Below are positions 19,898-29,898 of a DNA stretch of 64,000 nucleotides, piece after piece; position 1 is the first letter of the stretch, and every line of letters begins with the position of its first letter. The stretch is from an uncultured Nitrososphaerota archaeon (lineage in GTDB: Archaea > Thermoproteota > Nitrososphaeria > Nitrososphaerales > Gagatemarchaeaceae). The notes beneath the pieces are model-generated. The model saw nothing but the letters and a program-made list of their open reading frames with translations, made no database searches and had not been told where the DNA came from. The stretch lies in NCBI GenBank assembly GCA_963703285.1, contig OY969807.1:640001-704000 (forward strand). The letters run 5' to 3'. Both the position numbers and the translations under genes were made by a program.

Positions 19898-21124
19898 CTA
19901 TCCCGGCTTCGCGTCGCTTTGCGCTTCCTTCCCGCCTGCTCTGTGTTGCTTTCTGACCGCATCCATTTGTTCTTTCAGGTAGGACGTCTGGTCGTCCAGG
20001 TCGAAGCCCCAGTCTCCCTTGGAGACATCGAAGGCCTTGGCAGGCGGTGAGTAGGCTCGGGAGGACGCCGTGTCGACCATGAAGCAGATGGACCTCTCTG
20101 CGACGGGCTCCAGCACCTCACGGAGGTAGGACATGGTCTCGACCACCTGCTCAAGCGGCACTGGGATCTCGGCGGCGTAGTCGGGCCCCAGGTATTCGAC
20201 CCAGAGGTACGGCAGCGCGTTCAACTTCTCCCTCAGCCAAGCCACTTCCTTGGGGTTCACTCCGAGGACGTCGACGTGCATGAAGGCGAATTTGTGCTGG
20301 GGGGCGAACGGTCTGCTGAGGTCGTCGTACATCTGCGTCTTCATCCAGTTCACTCCGTAGGACTGAATCATGTGCCCCTCCGCGATGTGCTGTGCGTGGC
20401 GATAGGCAGTCTTCGGGGTTACCCCTATCTCCTTTGCAATCTCTCTGACGGGCGACTCGGCGTTGACGAAGAGGTATCCCAGGATGGATACGTCCACGGG
20501 GTCGAGCTTCTGTCTTGGCGTCCTTGCTGGGAATTCTGGCGCCCCGCCGGGAGGGGGCTGCGACCATTCGAACTCCCACCTACTCCTCTTGAAATCGAAG
20601 AGCTCGGCCCGCATAGGGCGATGTCTCCGACCAGAGAAACGAAGAGTCCGGTGGACTTCGGTTATGAGCCCCGCCTCCTTCATCCTTCCCAGGAGCTTCG
20701 GGAACTCATCGTAGCGCTGTTCAGGCAGCGTAAAAAGCAGGAAGAACTTCCCGTCGGGCAGCGTCCTGTTGAAGCCGTTGATGAAGGAGCGGTCCATCCT
20801 GTCAAAGAGATACCCGGCGAGAGGGGCGTACTCGGGGTCGAGGTCGACCAGGGCGGCCGCCTCCCTCAGCCCCAGGGCTCCTCTGTCGGGGCGGGCCTGT
20901 ACGCGATACCCCTTCCTGTCGATGTTGGACCTGAACGTGTAGCTGACCTTCTCCTTGGGCTCCCTCAGCCTTCTGGCGACCTCTGCCATGTTCGGGCCGA
21001 CGACCTCCATCTCTGAGACGATTTGCGCGATAAGGCTGCGCCTCCGCGTCGATGAAGTTAAGACTGGGACGGCGTCCGAAGGGACCCCTCTGCTTAGCAC
21101 GGCGTTCTGTGATTGCCTGTCCAA
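19898..21124 (-). CDS. tandem Lrp/AsnC-like transcriptional regulator
   Basis: Two HTH regions (GPNMAEVARRL; LDPVDVSIL...IAKEIGVTPKTAYRH); divergent from the giant surface-protein gene; start uncertain. Confidence 0.7.
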   Translation of the reverse strand: MDRQSQNAVLSRGVPSDAVPVLTSSTRRRSLIAQIVSEMEVVGPNMAEVARRLREPKEKVSYTFRSNIDRKGYRVQARPDRGALGLREAAALVDLDPEYAPLAGYLFDRMDRSFINGFNRTLPDGKFFLLFTLPEQRYDEFPKLLGRMKEAGLITEVHRTLRFSGRRHRPMRAELFDFKRSRWEFEWSQPPPGGAPEFPARTPRQKLDPVDVSILGYLFVNAESPVREIAKEIGVTPKTAYRHAQHIAEGHMIQSYGVNWMKTQMYDDLSRPFAPQHKFAFMHVDVLGVNPKEVAWLREKLNALPYLWVEYLGPDYAAEIPVPLEQVVETMSYLREVLEPVAERSICFMVDTASSRAYSPPAKAFDVSKGDWGFDLDDQTSYLKEQMDAVRKQHRAGGKEAQSDAKPG

Positions 21125-21273
21125 GGTTATTAAAGTGAAGAATTATTGTCATTTTTAGCACTTTTCGACACCTATAAATACGCCAGACGCGAGTCGTGTC
21201 CAGTCAGTGCGACACATAGGACGAAAAGTCCGTCCTTCCTCCCGTGCGAACGCGCAAATTGAGGGAGCCACCG

Positions 21274-24200
21274 ATGGGTGATTCCAACTCATCAACCTCT
21301 GCCACGAGAGTGATTGCTGCCCTCGCCGTGATATCTCTTCTCGCTGTATCCGGAATACCGGTCGCGGCGTTGACGCTCGCTAACGCGTCCAAGGCCTCAG
21401 GCACAGCCGCGGCACAGCAGCCGAGCACCACGCTGCTGGCAACCCCCGCGGGCCTGCAATCTCGCGGTGGGGCTCCTGCGACTATCGCTTCCGAGAGCGT
21501 GAGCGGTATCGGGGCGTCCCTCCTGAGTCCGGTCACCACTCTGTCGCGTGGATCGGCTGGCGCATCAGTATGGCCTCTTGAAAGCTCCCAGAAGACCGGC
21601 TTCAACCCGGACGCTGTGGGTGGAGGCGGAGGGGGCGGAACTGAAACCCCCGTGTACAGCTTCCTGAGCAACAGCAATGCAAGCGAACTGGACGAGGCGG
21701 AGGGGTCGACGGTCGGGGGCGACGGGAGCTTGTACGTGGTCGGGACGACGGTCGCTTACAAGCTCATGGACCAGACCGATAGTTTGGACATCACGGTCGT
21801 CGGCGGGTTCCTGGCCAAATTCAACAGCGAGGGCGCGCCAGCCTGGATTGACAGATGGGCCAACGTCGGGACGGGAAGGTTGTCGGTAGCGACGGCTGGA
21901 GCATATGTGTACGTTGCAGGCTCGGCCTATGTGGCCTGCACCTCTCCCTGTGACCCCACCTACCAATCGCAGTATCAGGTCTCGGTCCTCGCTCAGTTCA
22001 CTACTTCAGGAGCTTTCAATTGGGCGAGGACTTGGAGCCAACCTTTCCCCCCGGATGTGTCGCCGCTTTCGTACACAACCTACTCGGATGCCGCGTTCGG
22101 AGTGGCGGCGTCTCCGAACACCGGAATGGTCTACGTGATTGACAATTCGGCGGCACTCACGACTAACTTAACACCTCTTGGAGGCGAAGGCAACGCCACG
22201 TTCACATTCACCCAGCCCTTCCTGCTGACGTACAATGCCAACGGCGGACCCCCGAAGGTTCAGGCCTTCCCAAACTGTAGGACCGAGGGTACCGCTGTTT
22301 GCAACCTGACCGCGCTCAACTCCATCGCCGTGAGGTACAATTCGGCAGCCGGCCAGGACCAGGTCTACGTCGGCGGGGAGGAGGGGTTGACGACGGGAGC
22401 CGACACGGAAGCCATGACAGCCATCGTCGGCATGTATCAGGGTGGATCGCTGGCTTGGGTCAACGCTTTCGATTTCAAGGACATCGCAGACACTATTCCC
22501 GATAGCGGTCCAGTGTCGGAAGTGACGACATTGACTGTTGCGCAAGACGGAACGATCTACGTGGGCGGCTCTGTCTATGGCACCTATGGGAGCCCTTACG
22601 GCGTCTTGCTTAGTCTCTTGGTTGACACGTTCTTCCTGGTCCTCGGGGCGGTGTGCGGTGCGTCGGTACTTTGCGCTGCCGTCGTGGGCGCGTACAATGC
22701 TTACCAAATCGTGTTCGAGCTCAACAACATCCCGAAGGCGACGGTTGACACTCTGGGACTCAAGACCGCAGCAGCGGGCTTCGTGGGTTATCTCATGGGC
22801 GTGTTTACCGACGGGCAGCAGATTTCTCAGGACCAGACTCTGAACCCGTACCCATTCGTTGCGAAGCTGGATTCTTCCGGCAATCTCATCTGGACAGACA
22901 TCCTCGGTTACGACCAGCGAGAACCGGGATCGATGATTGCCCTTGCGCCGCTTCCGACCGGTGCGGGGGGACCCGACGAGGGGCTTTACGCGGCGGCCAA
23001 CTTTGGAGTGAGAGGAGGGATAGCTCCAGGAATGACCAACGGCACAGCGATATTCTCTATCGGACCGACCGGAACTGTCCTGAGCCAGGCCGCAGTTGGC
23101 CCCATCGGTCTGAGCTACAGCGACTTCATCGCAGGGTTGAATGCGACCGCCGACGGCAACCTGGAGATTGCCGGGAGCGCCTCCGGGATTCCGCCCTTGT
23201 TCGAGGTCACAGGCATTCAGCCTTATCAGGATCCAATTGGCTCGAGCAACGTCAAGAGCGAAGGCCCCCACCCGCTCAGCGTCTACGCGGGGACGCCCCT
23301 CGTGTTCGGCTCCTACATGTACCTAGCCAGTACTCCTCCGCGGCCACCGGTCCTGACCCCCGTGAACTCAGCGATTGTCCTCAGCGACCCCCCCGCCAAG
23401 ACGGTCTCATTCAACAACGCTCCTCGGAGCGGCTCTCCCGGAATATACTGGGCGATCGTGGGGCCGCCAAACCTGGAAGTCACATTCTCTGTTGAGCCAT
23501 CAACGGCTATCGCGTCTATCTACCTTACTGCCCCCTCCGGAAGCGGCACTACTGGGGGTCCCCTCACGCTGCTCTCGGTCTTTCCGGGGGCGGGGCTTGA
23601 CGTTTCAGTGCCGACCTTCTCTCAGCTCTATCCCTCTAGCGGTTATCAGTTTCCGACGTGGACATCCACGGGTCTCGTCACTATCAACAAGGGTAATCCC
23701 TGCTGTGGAGTCGATGCTACTGTCTACGGAGGAGGCTCGGTGACTGCCAACTTCGCCACGTACTTCCAAGTCCGGCTTACTCCAACCTCCTCCGAAGCAG
23801 CGATACCCAGCGGCGGCAACGGGGTAAGCGTCAGCTCAGAGGTGCAGGTCTCGCAGACCCTTCAGTTTAGCGCGCCTGACTCTGGCCTCGTCGGTCTTAC
23901 GGCCTCTGGTCCGTCCGACCTCAACTTCCAGATTGCCTTTACTTGCCAGTCTAGCTCCTACTGCAGTTACGAACCGCCCGGTCAAACCCCAACGTGCATA
24001 ATCGGCTGGGGACTCCCCTACACTTGCACCGTTCCGATGAAGGTCACGGTTCCGTCGTCGACGCCGCCGGGTACGTACGCGGTCACTGTAACGGGGACAA
24101 GCGACATGGGAACTGCGCCGATTTCCGTAGCGACGTACACAATCACAATCCTACCGCCCCTGGTCGTCACCGTGACTCCCGCCAGTCCCTCGATTGATCT

Positions 24201-27200
24201 GGGGCAATCGATTACCCTCACCGCCAATCCGTCGGGAGGATCAGGAATGCACTTCTCGTACCAGTGGTACTCCAACGCAGCGTGCACCACGTCTATCTCG
24301 GGCGCGACATCTGCTTCCTACAAGAGCTCACCGGCTGCCACGACCACGTTCTGCGTCAAGATCACCGACTCGGCTAGCAGCCCCTCCAGTGGGACTGCAA
24401 CCGATGTCGTAAAGGTGAACCCCGCTCTCACTGCGGGACCGATAACATCCTCAGCGTCGACGATCAGCAGCGGGCAGTCAGTAACTCTGACCGCCAATCC
24501 AGCTGGGGGAACCGGCAAGTATTCCTATGTTTGGTACTCTGGTGGGAGCGCGACGTGCTCTTCCGATCGCGTGGTGAGCGGTCAGACGGGAGCCACCTAC
24601 TCTCCCTCACCGACGTCGAGCACCTATTACTGCTACCGGGTCAGTGACAGCGCCTTCATCCCGTCGACAGCCACCTCCGCCACCTACGAGGTAGTGGTCG
24701 GCTCCTCAGGGGCCTTGAGCATATCTCCCTCAAGCGGTCAGGATGGCACTGTGGTCTCACTCAGCGGGTCGGGCTACGCCCCATCTACGGCCTATGACTT
24801 CTGTTACTCTGCGACCGATTCGGCCTGCTCCTCCTATGCCTTCACCTCTACAGCAACCGGAACGATACCTTCGGGCACCACATTCGCAGCCTATGGCTCG
24901 CCAGGGACATACTACGTGACCACGGAGCATGGCGGTGTGCTCATCGGCTCCGCGACGTTCGCCCTTGCCGACCCTTCGACACTGTCCGTTAGTCCCACAT
25001 CCGGACCCGACGGCACCGTTGTCACCCTGAGTGGGTCTGACTACGCTCCGTCCACATCCTACGACTACTGCTACTCGGCCAGCGACTCCGTATGCTATTC
25101 CTACACCTTCACCTCGACGGCGGGCGGCACCATCCCCGTAGGGACGACATTCACGACCTCAGGAGCTGCGGGGACCTACTACGTAACCACGGAGTACGCG
25201 GGCGTCCTCCTCGCGTCGGCCACCTTCACCGTGGCAATTGCTAGTGGTCTTCCTTCAACTGTTTCTGGCATATCTGGTGTAACGACAGTATGCTATTATG
25301 ACGGCTACTACTACGTCTTTGGTAGCGGTGGTCCCGAGGGTGGGCCCGCCTATGTGACGTCCAGTGATGGGGGGAACACCTGGTCATCTGCCACTCAGAT
25401 ATTTAGTGCTGGAGGCGGAAATTATCCGTTCACCGTCTCCTGCGATGGGAGCGGTGGAGTCTATTTTGCTTCAGGATACAGTGGTTCATACTCTGAGTCC
25501 TCCTATTGGCAATACGCTTATGGGACAATGTCAAGCGGCTCGATCAGCTTTTCAAGTTTTGTAGCAGAAGAATGTGAGCACGAGGGCGAATGGTGCTTAC
25601 CTCAATCAATCTACGGATATTCGTCCAATGATGTGGTTGTTGCAGTATCGAGCAACAGCGGAGGATTCTGCGGGACCGATGAGAATTCCTGTTTCGTTGA
25701 GGTCTGGCAATGCACGACATCCTGTGCGACAGGTGAAGTACAGGTTATTGGCGGGGAGGACTTCCTCATTGGCTCCAATTGGAATCACATGTATGCGTCC
25801 AACTCTTATTCCTGCGAGCCAACTTCTTCTTATCAGAACTCGTGTTCCATTTTTGGGCTCGGTTCAACAAGTAGATATGTTGTCGTCGCAACAGCCAACA
25901 GCACTGATTTTGATTCTGGGAATGTTGTCTCTATAGAGACAATCAACGGTGGGTCGACATTTACAGTAGTTAATTCTGGATTCGATGGCGGCAACGCCGG
26001 TTTTCTTTTCTTGGGTCAATGTCAAGCGGTTTCAACCACGGTTTATTGCGCTGGAAGTGTTCTTTCTTCATACGAGAATCCAGGGGCAACACTCTACAAC
26101 GTTTACTTGCTTTCTTACACGGATGGGGCAAGCAGCTGGAACACCTATGAAGCTTGCACCAATTGCGGGGCAGACGATACTGGTGTGGCACTAGTAACTA
26201 ACAGCACGACTGCCATGTTGGTGTTTGGTGACGGAACAACAGACTCTCAGGTGGATTGGGTTTATACGAGTCTGTCATCAATTTCCTTCTCTTCGGTCTC
26301 GCCTCTGGCTACCGGTGAATCTACTCCATTGAGTCAATTCTACTGGAAAGGGACATCAGGCACGGTTAACGGGCAAGGCGGAGCCGTTTGGGTAGCAGAT
26401 AACGGAGATAGGTTTGGCCTAGGTAGGCACCTTCACCGTCACCCAACCGGCGACCCTTACGATCTCGCCTACTAGCGGTCCTGGCGGCACCGTCGTCACC
26501 CTCACAGGCTCAGGCTACGCCGCCTCCACCGCCTACGACTTCTGCTACTCCGCCATCGCCGTCGCCATCGCGTGCGACGACGGGTCGTTCACGTCGACCG
26601 CCACCGGCACTATCCCGGCGGGAGTCACCTACACCGCCTCAGGCGCGGTCGGCATGTGGTACCTCACCACCGAGTACGCCAGCGTGGTCCTCGCGTCCAC
26701 GACCTTCACGGTGACTGCTGGGGAGACGCTTGCGATCTCGCCCATCAACGGTCCTGGCGGCACCGTCGTCACCCTCACAGGCTCAGGCTACGCCGCCTCC
26801 ACCGCCTACGACTTCTGCTACTCCACCACCGCCATCGCGTGCGACGACGGGTCGTTCACCACCACCGCGGCGGGCGCGATACCATCCGGAGTGACCTGGA
26901 CGGCCTCGGGAGCCGCTGACACCTACTACCTCACCACCGAGTATGGAGGCGTCCTACTAGGCATCCGCTGAGTTCACTCTGAACTCTGGGGTGTCAACTT
27001 CGACCTCAAGCTCGACAACATCCAGCTCGTCCACGAGCACCAATGGCGCGGATATGATTGCTTCTAATGTTGGACAGTTTGTGTTGATGCCTCAGGTCTG
27101 TTACAGCAGCGGCTACTACCTTGCGTTCTACATAAACACGGCAGGTGACTTGGCTTATGTCTCGTCGCAGACTGGTTCATCATGGTCGAGCTCCTCAAAC

Positions 27201-28490
27201 ACGGGCCTTGTAGACTACGCTCCAACCGATCAAAATTTCGGCAACTTCGGTGTGTACTGTGGTAGTTCCGGGAACGTTTACACCGCGACTTCTGCATCGG
27301 CCACCACGTGGCACTTTGAGGAATGGACGTCCTCTGGCGGGATTTTGACTGCCAGCGAGTCCGTCTCGATCACCTGCAGTTACGGTGGATATTTCTGTGC
27401 CAATTCAGCTAACAGTGACTATCCCACATCCATATTTGCATACAGTACTTCGAGTGTGTTTGTTGGCTTGACCTCGGCCGTGACAAGCACCGGTGCGTGG
27501 CATTCCGAAATATGGGAGTGTTCGTCTAGCTGTGGAAGCTCAAGCAGCTGGGCTGATGTTGCGAGTCAGACCACCTACAGCTTGCTAACTGTTCAGGGCT
27601 TCGGTTCGAGCGCGTCGTCAGGTCAAATTGCTGTATTCTCCTTGGTAAGTGGAAGTAACAGCTACTATTACGCGCTATCAAGCGCATCAAATTGGGGTGG
27701 GAGTTACATCACAACCGGGCTATCAGACTTTTATTACTTGGGCGGCAGCTACAATAATCCCACTTGCCTCACGTGGGGTACAAACACCCTATACTGCGCG
27801 GCAGGAGCTTACTCAGGTTCTGGTAGCGGTGTCTATTTCGACACCTTCACTTCGGGCGGGTCTTCGTGGACACAACAGAAGATGGATAACAACAACGGAG
27901 CCTTTGGCTTCTTTTTGAGTTCAGATGGCACGAACGTAGTTGAGTCATACACCCTCGTATCTAACAACTACCCTGTTTATCAAACAGCGACACTTAGTAC
28001 ATCGCCTACGTGGTCGGGTGAGCTGGCCCTTGAGTCAAGCCCAACAGGAGGGAACATTTGGGCAACACCAACGCTCCAGTCAACAGCGGCTGGTCTAGTT
28101 TGGATCCCGGAGGAAAGCGGCGACTTGTACTTTGCTTTGACCAGCGCGATTTCGACGAACGGAGCTCTGCCAGTTGGTTGCAGTCCTGGCGATGCCAGCT
28201 CTCCGGGTTCGAACGCCTCCACATCAGATACCTCACCAAGCTCAGCGACAATCAACTCGAGAGCCGGAGATTGTTCCTACAGCGTAGCTCCCGGGTCCCC
28301 GGTTCCTCTGCTCACGGCCGCCCCCTCTATTCCTCTCGCCTTCCTTGCGGGCGTCTTGCTCGCCGGCCTCTTTATGAGGCGAATTCGTAAAGGCTCTCTG
28401 CAAGGTAGGCTTGGCGAAGCAGCCCTCTCGGGCCGCTCTTGGCAATGGAGTGTAGTAAGCGATGTCAGACGGTCCCGAACGCCCGCCTAG
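21274..28490 (+). CDS. giant secreted, C-terminally anchored surface protein (~2400 codons; beta-propeller + Ig/IPT repeats + two BNR-like modules), split by two +1 frameshifts
   Basis: Signal peptide and SBBP-like repeats. Removing one G at 26422/3 and one at 26960/1 joins ORFs 21244..26475, 26654..26971 and 26991..28490 and restores the repeat consensus (LVGTFTVT; GVLLASAEFTL). Ends in a TM segment + RRIRK. Confidence 0.75.
26476..26824 (+). repeat. ~75 bp identical direct repeat (26476-26551 and 26749-26824) within IPT-like repeat units
   Basis: cggtcctggcggcaccgtcgtcaccctcacaggctcaggctacgccgcctccaccgcctacgacttctgctactcc occurs twice; diverged copies lie at ~24715 and ~24980. Confidence 0.9.
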
Positions 28491-29229
28491 CGACTGGCTT
28501 GTACCCAGCCCCTTTGAACCTCTCCTCGCCATCGACGTTGCCCCTCTCGTGGTAACCGTACATCTCCCAGTATCCATCCCTGTATTCAGGGATGAACTCT
28601 ATCTCGTTGAGCCACTTGGCGCTCTTCCAGAGGTAGAGGTGGGGCATGAAGGGGCGCGCGGGGAATCCCTGCTCGTGCAGGAGGGGCTTCCCGTTCATCT
28701 TCAGCACGACGATCGAGTCCTCCATGAGCGCGTCGGCCAGAGGGATCGGGGCCGTGTAGCCGTCGAGGCAGTGGAACATCACCCAGGTCGCCTCGGGTTT
28801 GACCCTCGCGAGGCCCGCGAGGTACTTGATGGGCACCCCCTCCCAGAGGGGGTTCTCTATGCTCCACTTCGTCACGCAGTGCGCTGAGTGAACCTCCGTC
28901 TTCATAGGGAGCTTGACGAACTCCTCGAGCGTGTACTCCAGAGGGTTCTCGACCAGGCCCGTTACGCGTAGCCTCCAGCTGACTGGGTCCACCTTGGGTA
29001 TCCCGTTCGCCGCGTAGATGACAAACCTGCGCCCCCAGAACTGCCCCGGGGGCAGGCTGCCTCGGTCCCGCGCGGGGCTGGGCTCAGTGGGCTTGTCCTG
29101 GTCCGAGTCCCTCCTGAGGACCCTGCCGAATATCGAACTCAGTCTCTCTTGGCTCCCGTTGGGCGAGAGGGAAATCGACGCCCGCCGGTTCTTATGGGTT
29201 GGGGTAGATGGTGTTCGCGGTGGTCCCAT
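28465..29229 (-). CDS. sulfite-oxidase-like molybdopterin oxidoreductase (YuiH family)
   Basis: LPPGQ, WRLRVTGLVE, HCVTKWS, QGFPAR, WKSAKW, GYWE..GYH; the true start may be CTG 29142. Confidence 0.9.
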   Translation of the reverse strand: MGPPRTPSTPTHKNRRASISLSPNGSQERLSSIFGRVLRRDSDQDKPTEPSPARDRGSLPPGQFWGRRFVIYAANGIPKVDPVSWRLRVTGLVENPLEYTLEEFVKLPMKTEVHSAHCVTKWSIENPLWEGVPIKYLAGLARVKPEATWVMFHCLDGYTAPIPLADALMEDSIVVLKMNGKPLLHEQGFPARPFMPHLYLWKSAKWLNEIEFIPEYRDGYWEMYGYHERGNVDGEERFKGAGYKPVARRAFGTV

Positions 29230-29231
29230 TT

Positions 29232-29322
29232 CCCGGTGCGGGCGTCAGTGAGGGCCGCGCGCCCTGACGGTTACCAAACCATACGAGAAAGCCCATAGGC
29301 TTCAGCCGTGGGAGGATGTCAC
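29232..29322 (+). mobile_element. orphan IS200/IS605-family right-end remnant
   Basis: aaagcccataggcttcagccgtgggaggatgtcac matches the IS605/IS1341 right-end hairpin and terminal TCAC; preceded by a cgtcag...ctgacg hairpin; left boundary uncertain. Confidence 0.7.
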
Positions 29323-29735
29323 TTCTTGGTCTCTCGCATGTACTCGTCGTAGATTGCCTTGGCCTTGTCCACGGCGAGGCCGCTGCCCTCGACACCCTTC
29401 TCGGTGACCTTGATCTTGTCCATCACCATAATCACGCCGATGTCCTCCCTCACCGACACGAGCCCTGGGAAGACACGATTCATCCGCTCGCCGAGCGCCT
29501 TCAGGTCGTAGGGCTTGGCCTTGAGCTTGATCTCCCTGACATTGGAGCCGTTGATGGCGACCTTGAAGACGTTCTCGCCTGCCCCGGTGACCCTGTCCAG
29601 GATCAGGTTCAGGCTCTCGTCGACCCCGAGAAGCACCCCGCCGTACTCCTTCCCCTCGCCCGTGATCACGGCGACGGGCTTGCCGATGAAAAAGCTCAGC
29701 TCGTCCCCAAACCTCCTGTAAACTATAGAAGACAA
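29319..29735 (-). CDS. Sm-like archaeal protein with Lsm C-terminal domain (SmAP3-like)
   Basis: G.LLGVDESLNLIL Sm1 motif, INGSNV Sm2 motif, C-terminal VFPG.V...IKVTEKGVEGSG. Confidence 0.88.
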   Translation of the reverse strand: MSSIVYRRFGDELSFFIGKPVAVITGEGKEYGGVLLGVDESLNLILDRVTGAGENVFKVAINGSNVREIKLKAKPYDLKALGERMNRVFPGLVSVREDIGVIMVMDKIKVTEKGVEGSGLAVDKAKAIYDEYMRETKK

Positions 29736-29898
29736 TTTTCCTAAAGTTCAGGATTCCCACCCTTTTAGAGCTTTTGCACCAGCCGACGCTTCATTTGGAA
29801 CCACCCTGACGGTTTTTTCAACCAACTGGTAGAGAGTGGAAGAGTTCTAGGTCCATTCTGGCAAACTGTAATAACAGACCGCGGGTCGACTCCCTGCC

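Noticed and set aside
24700-26970. Repeats as a CRISPR array or DGR template/variable pair
   Set aside because: The repeats are in-frame ~270-bp protein domains with no spacer pattern, no adenine-specific differences and no RT or cas genes
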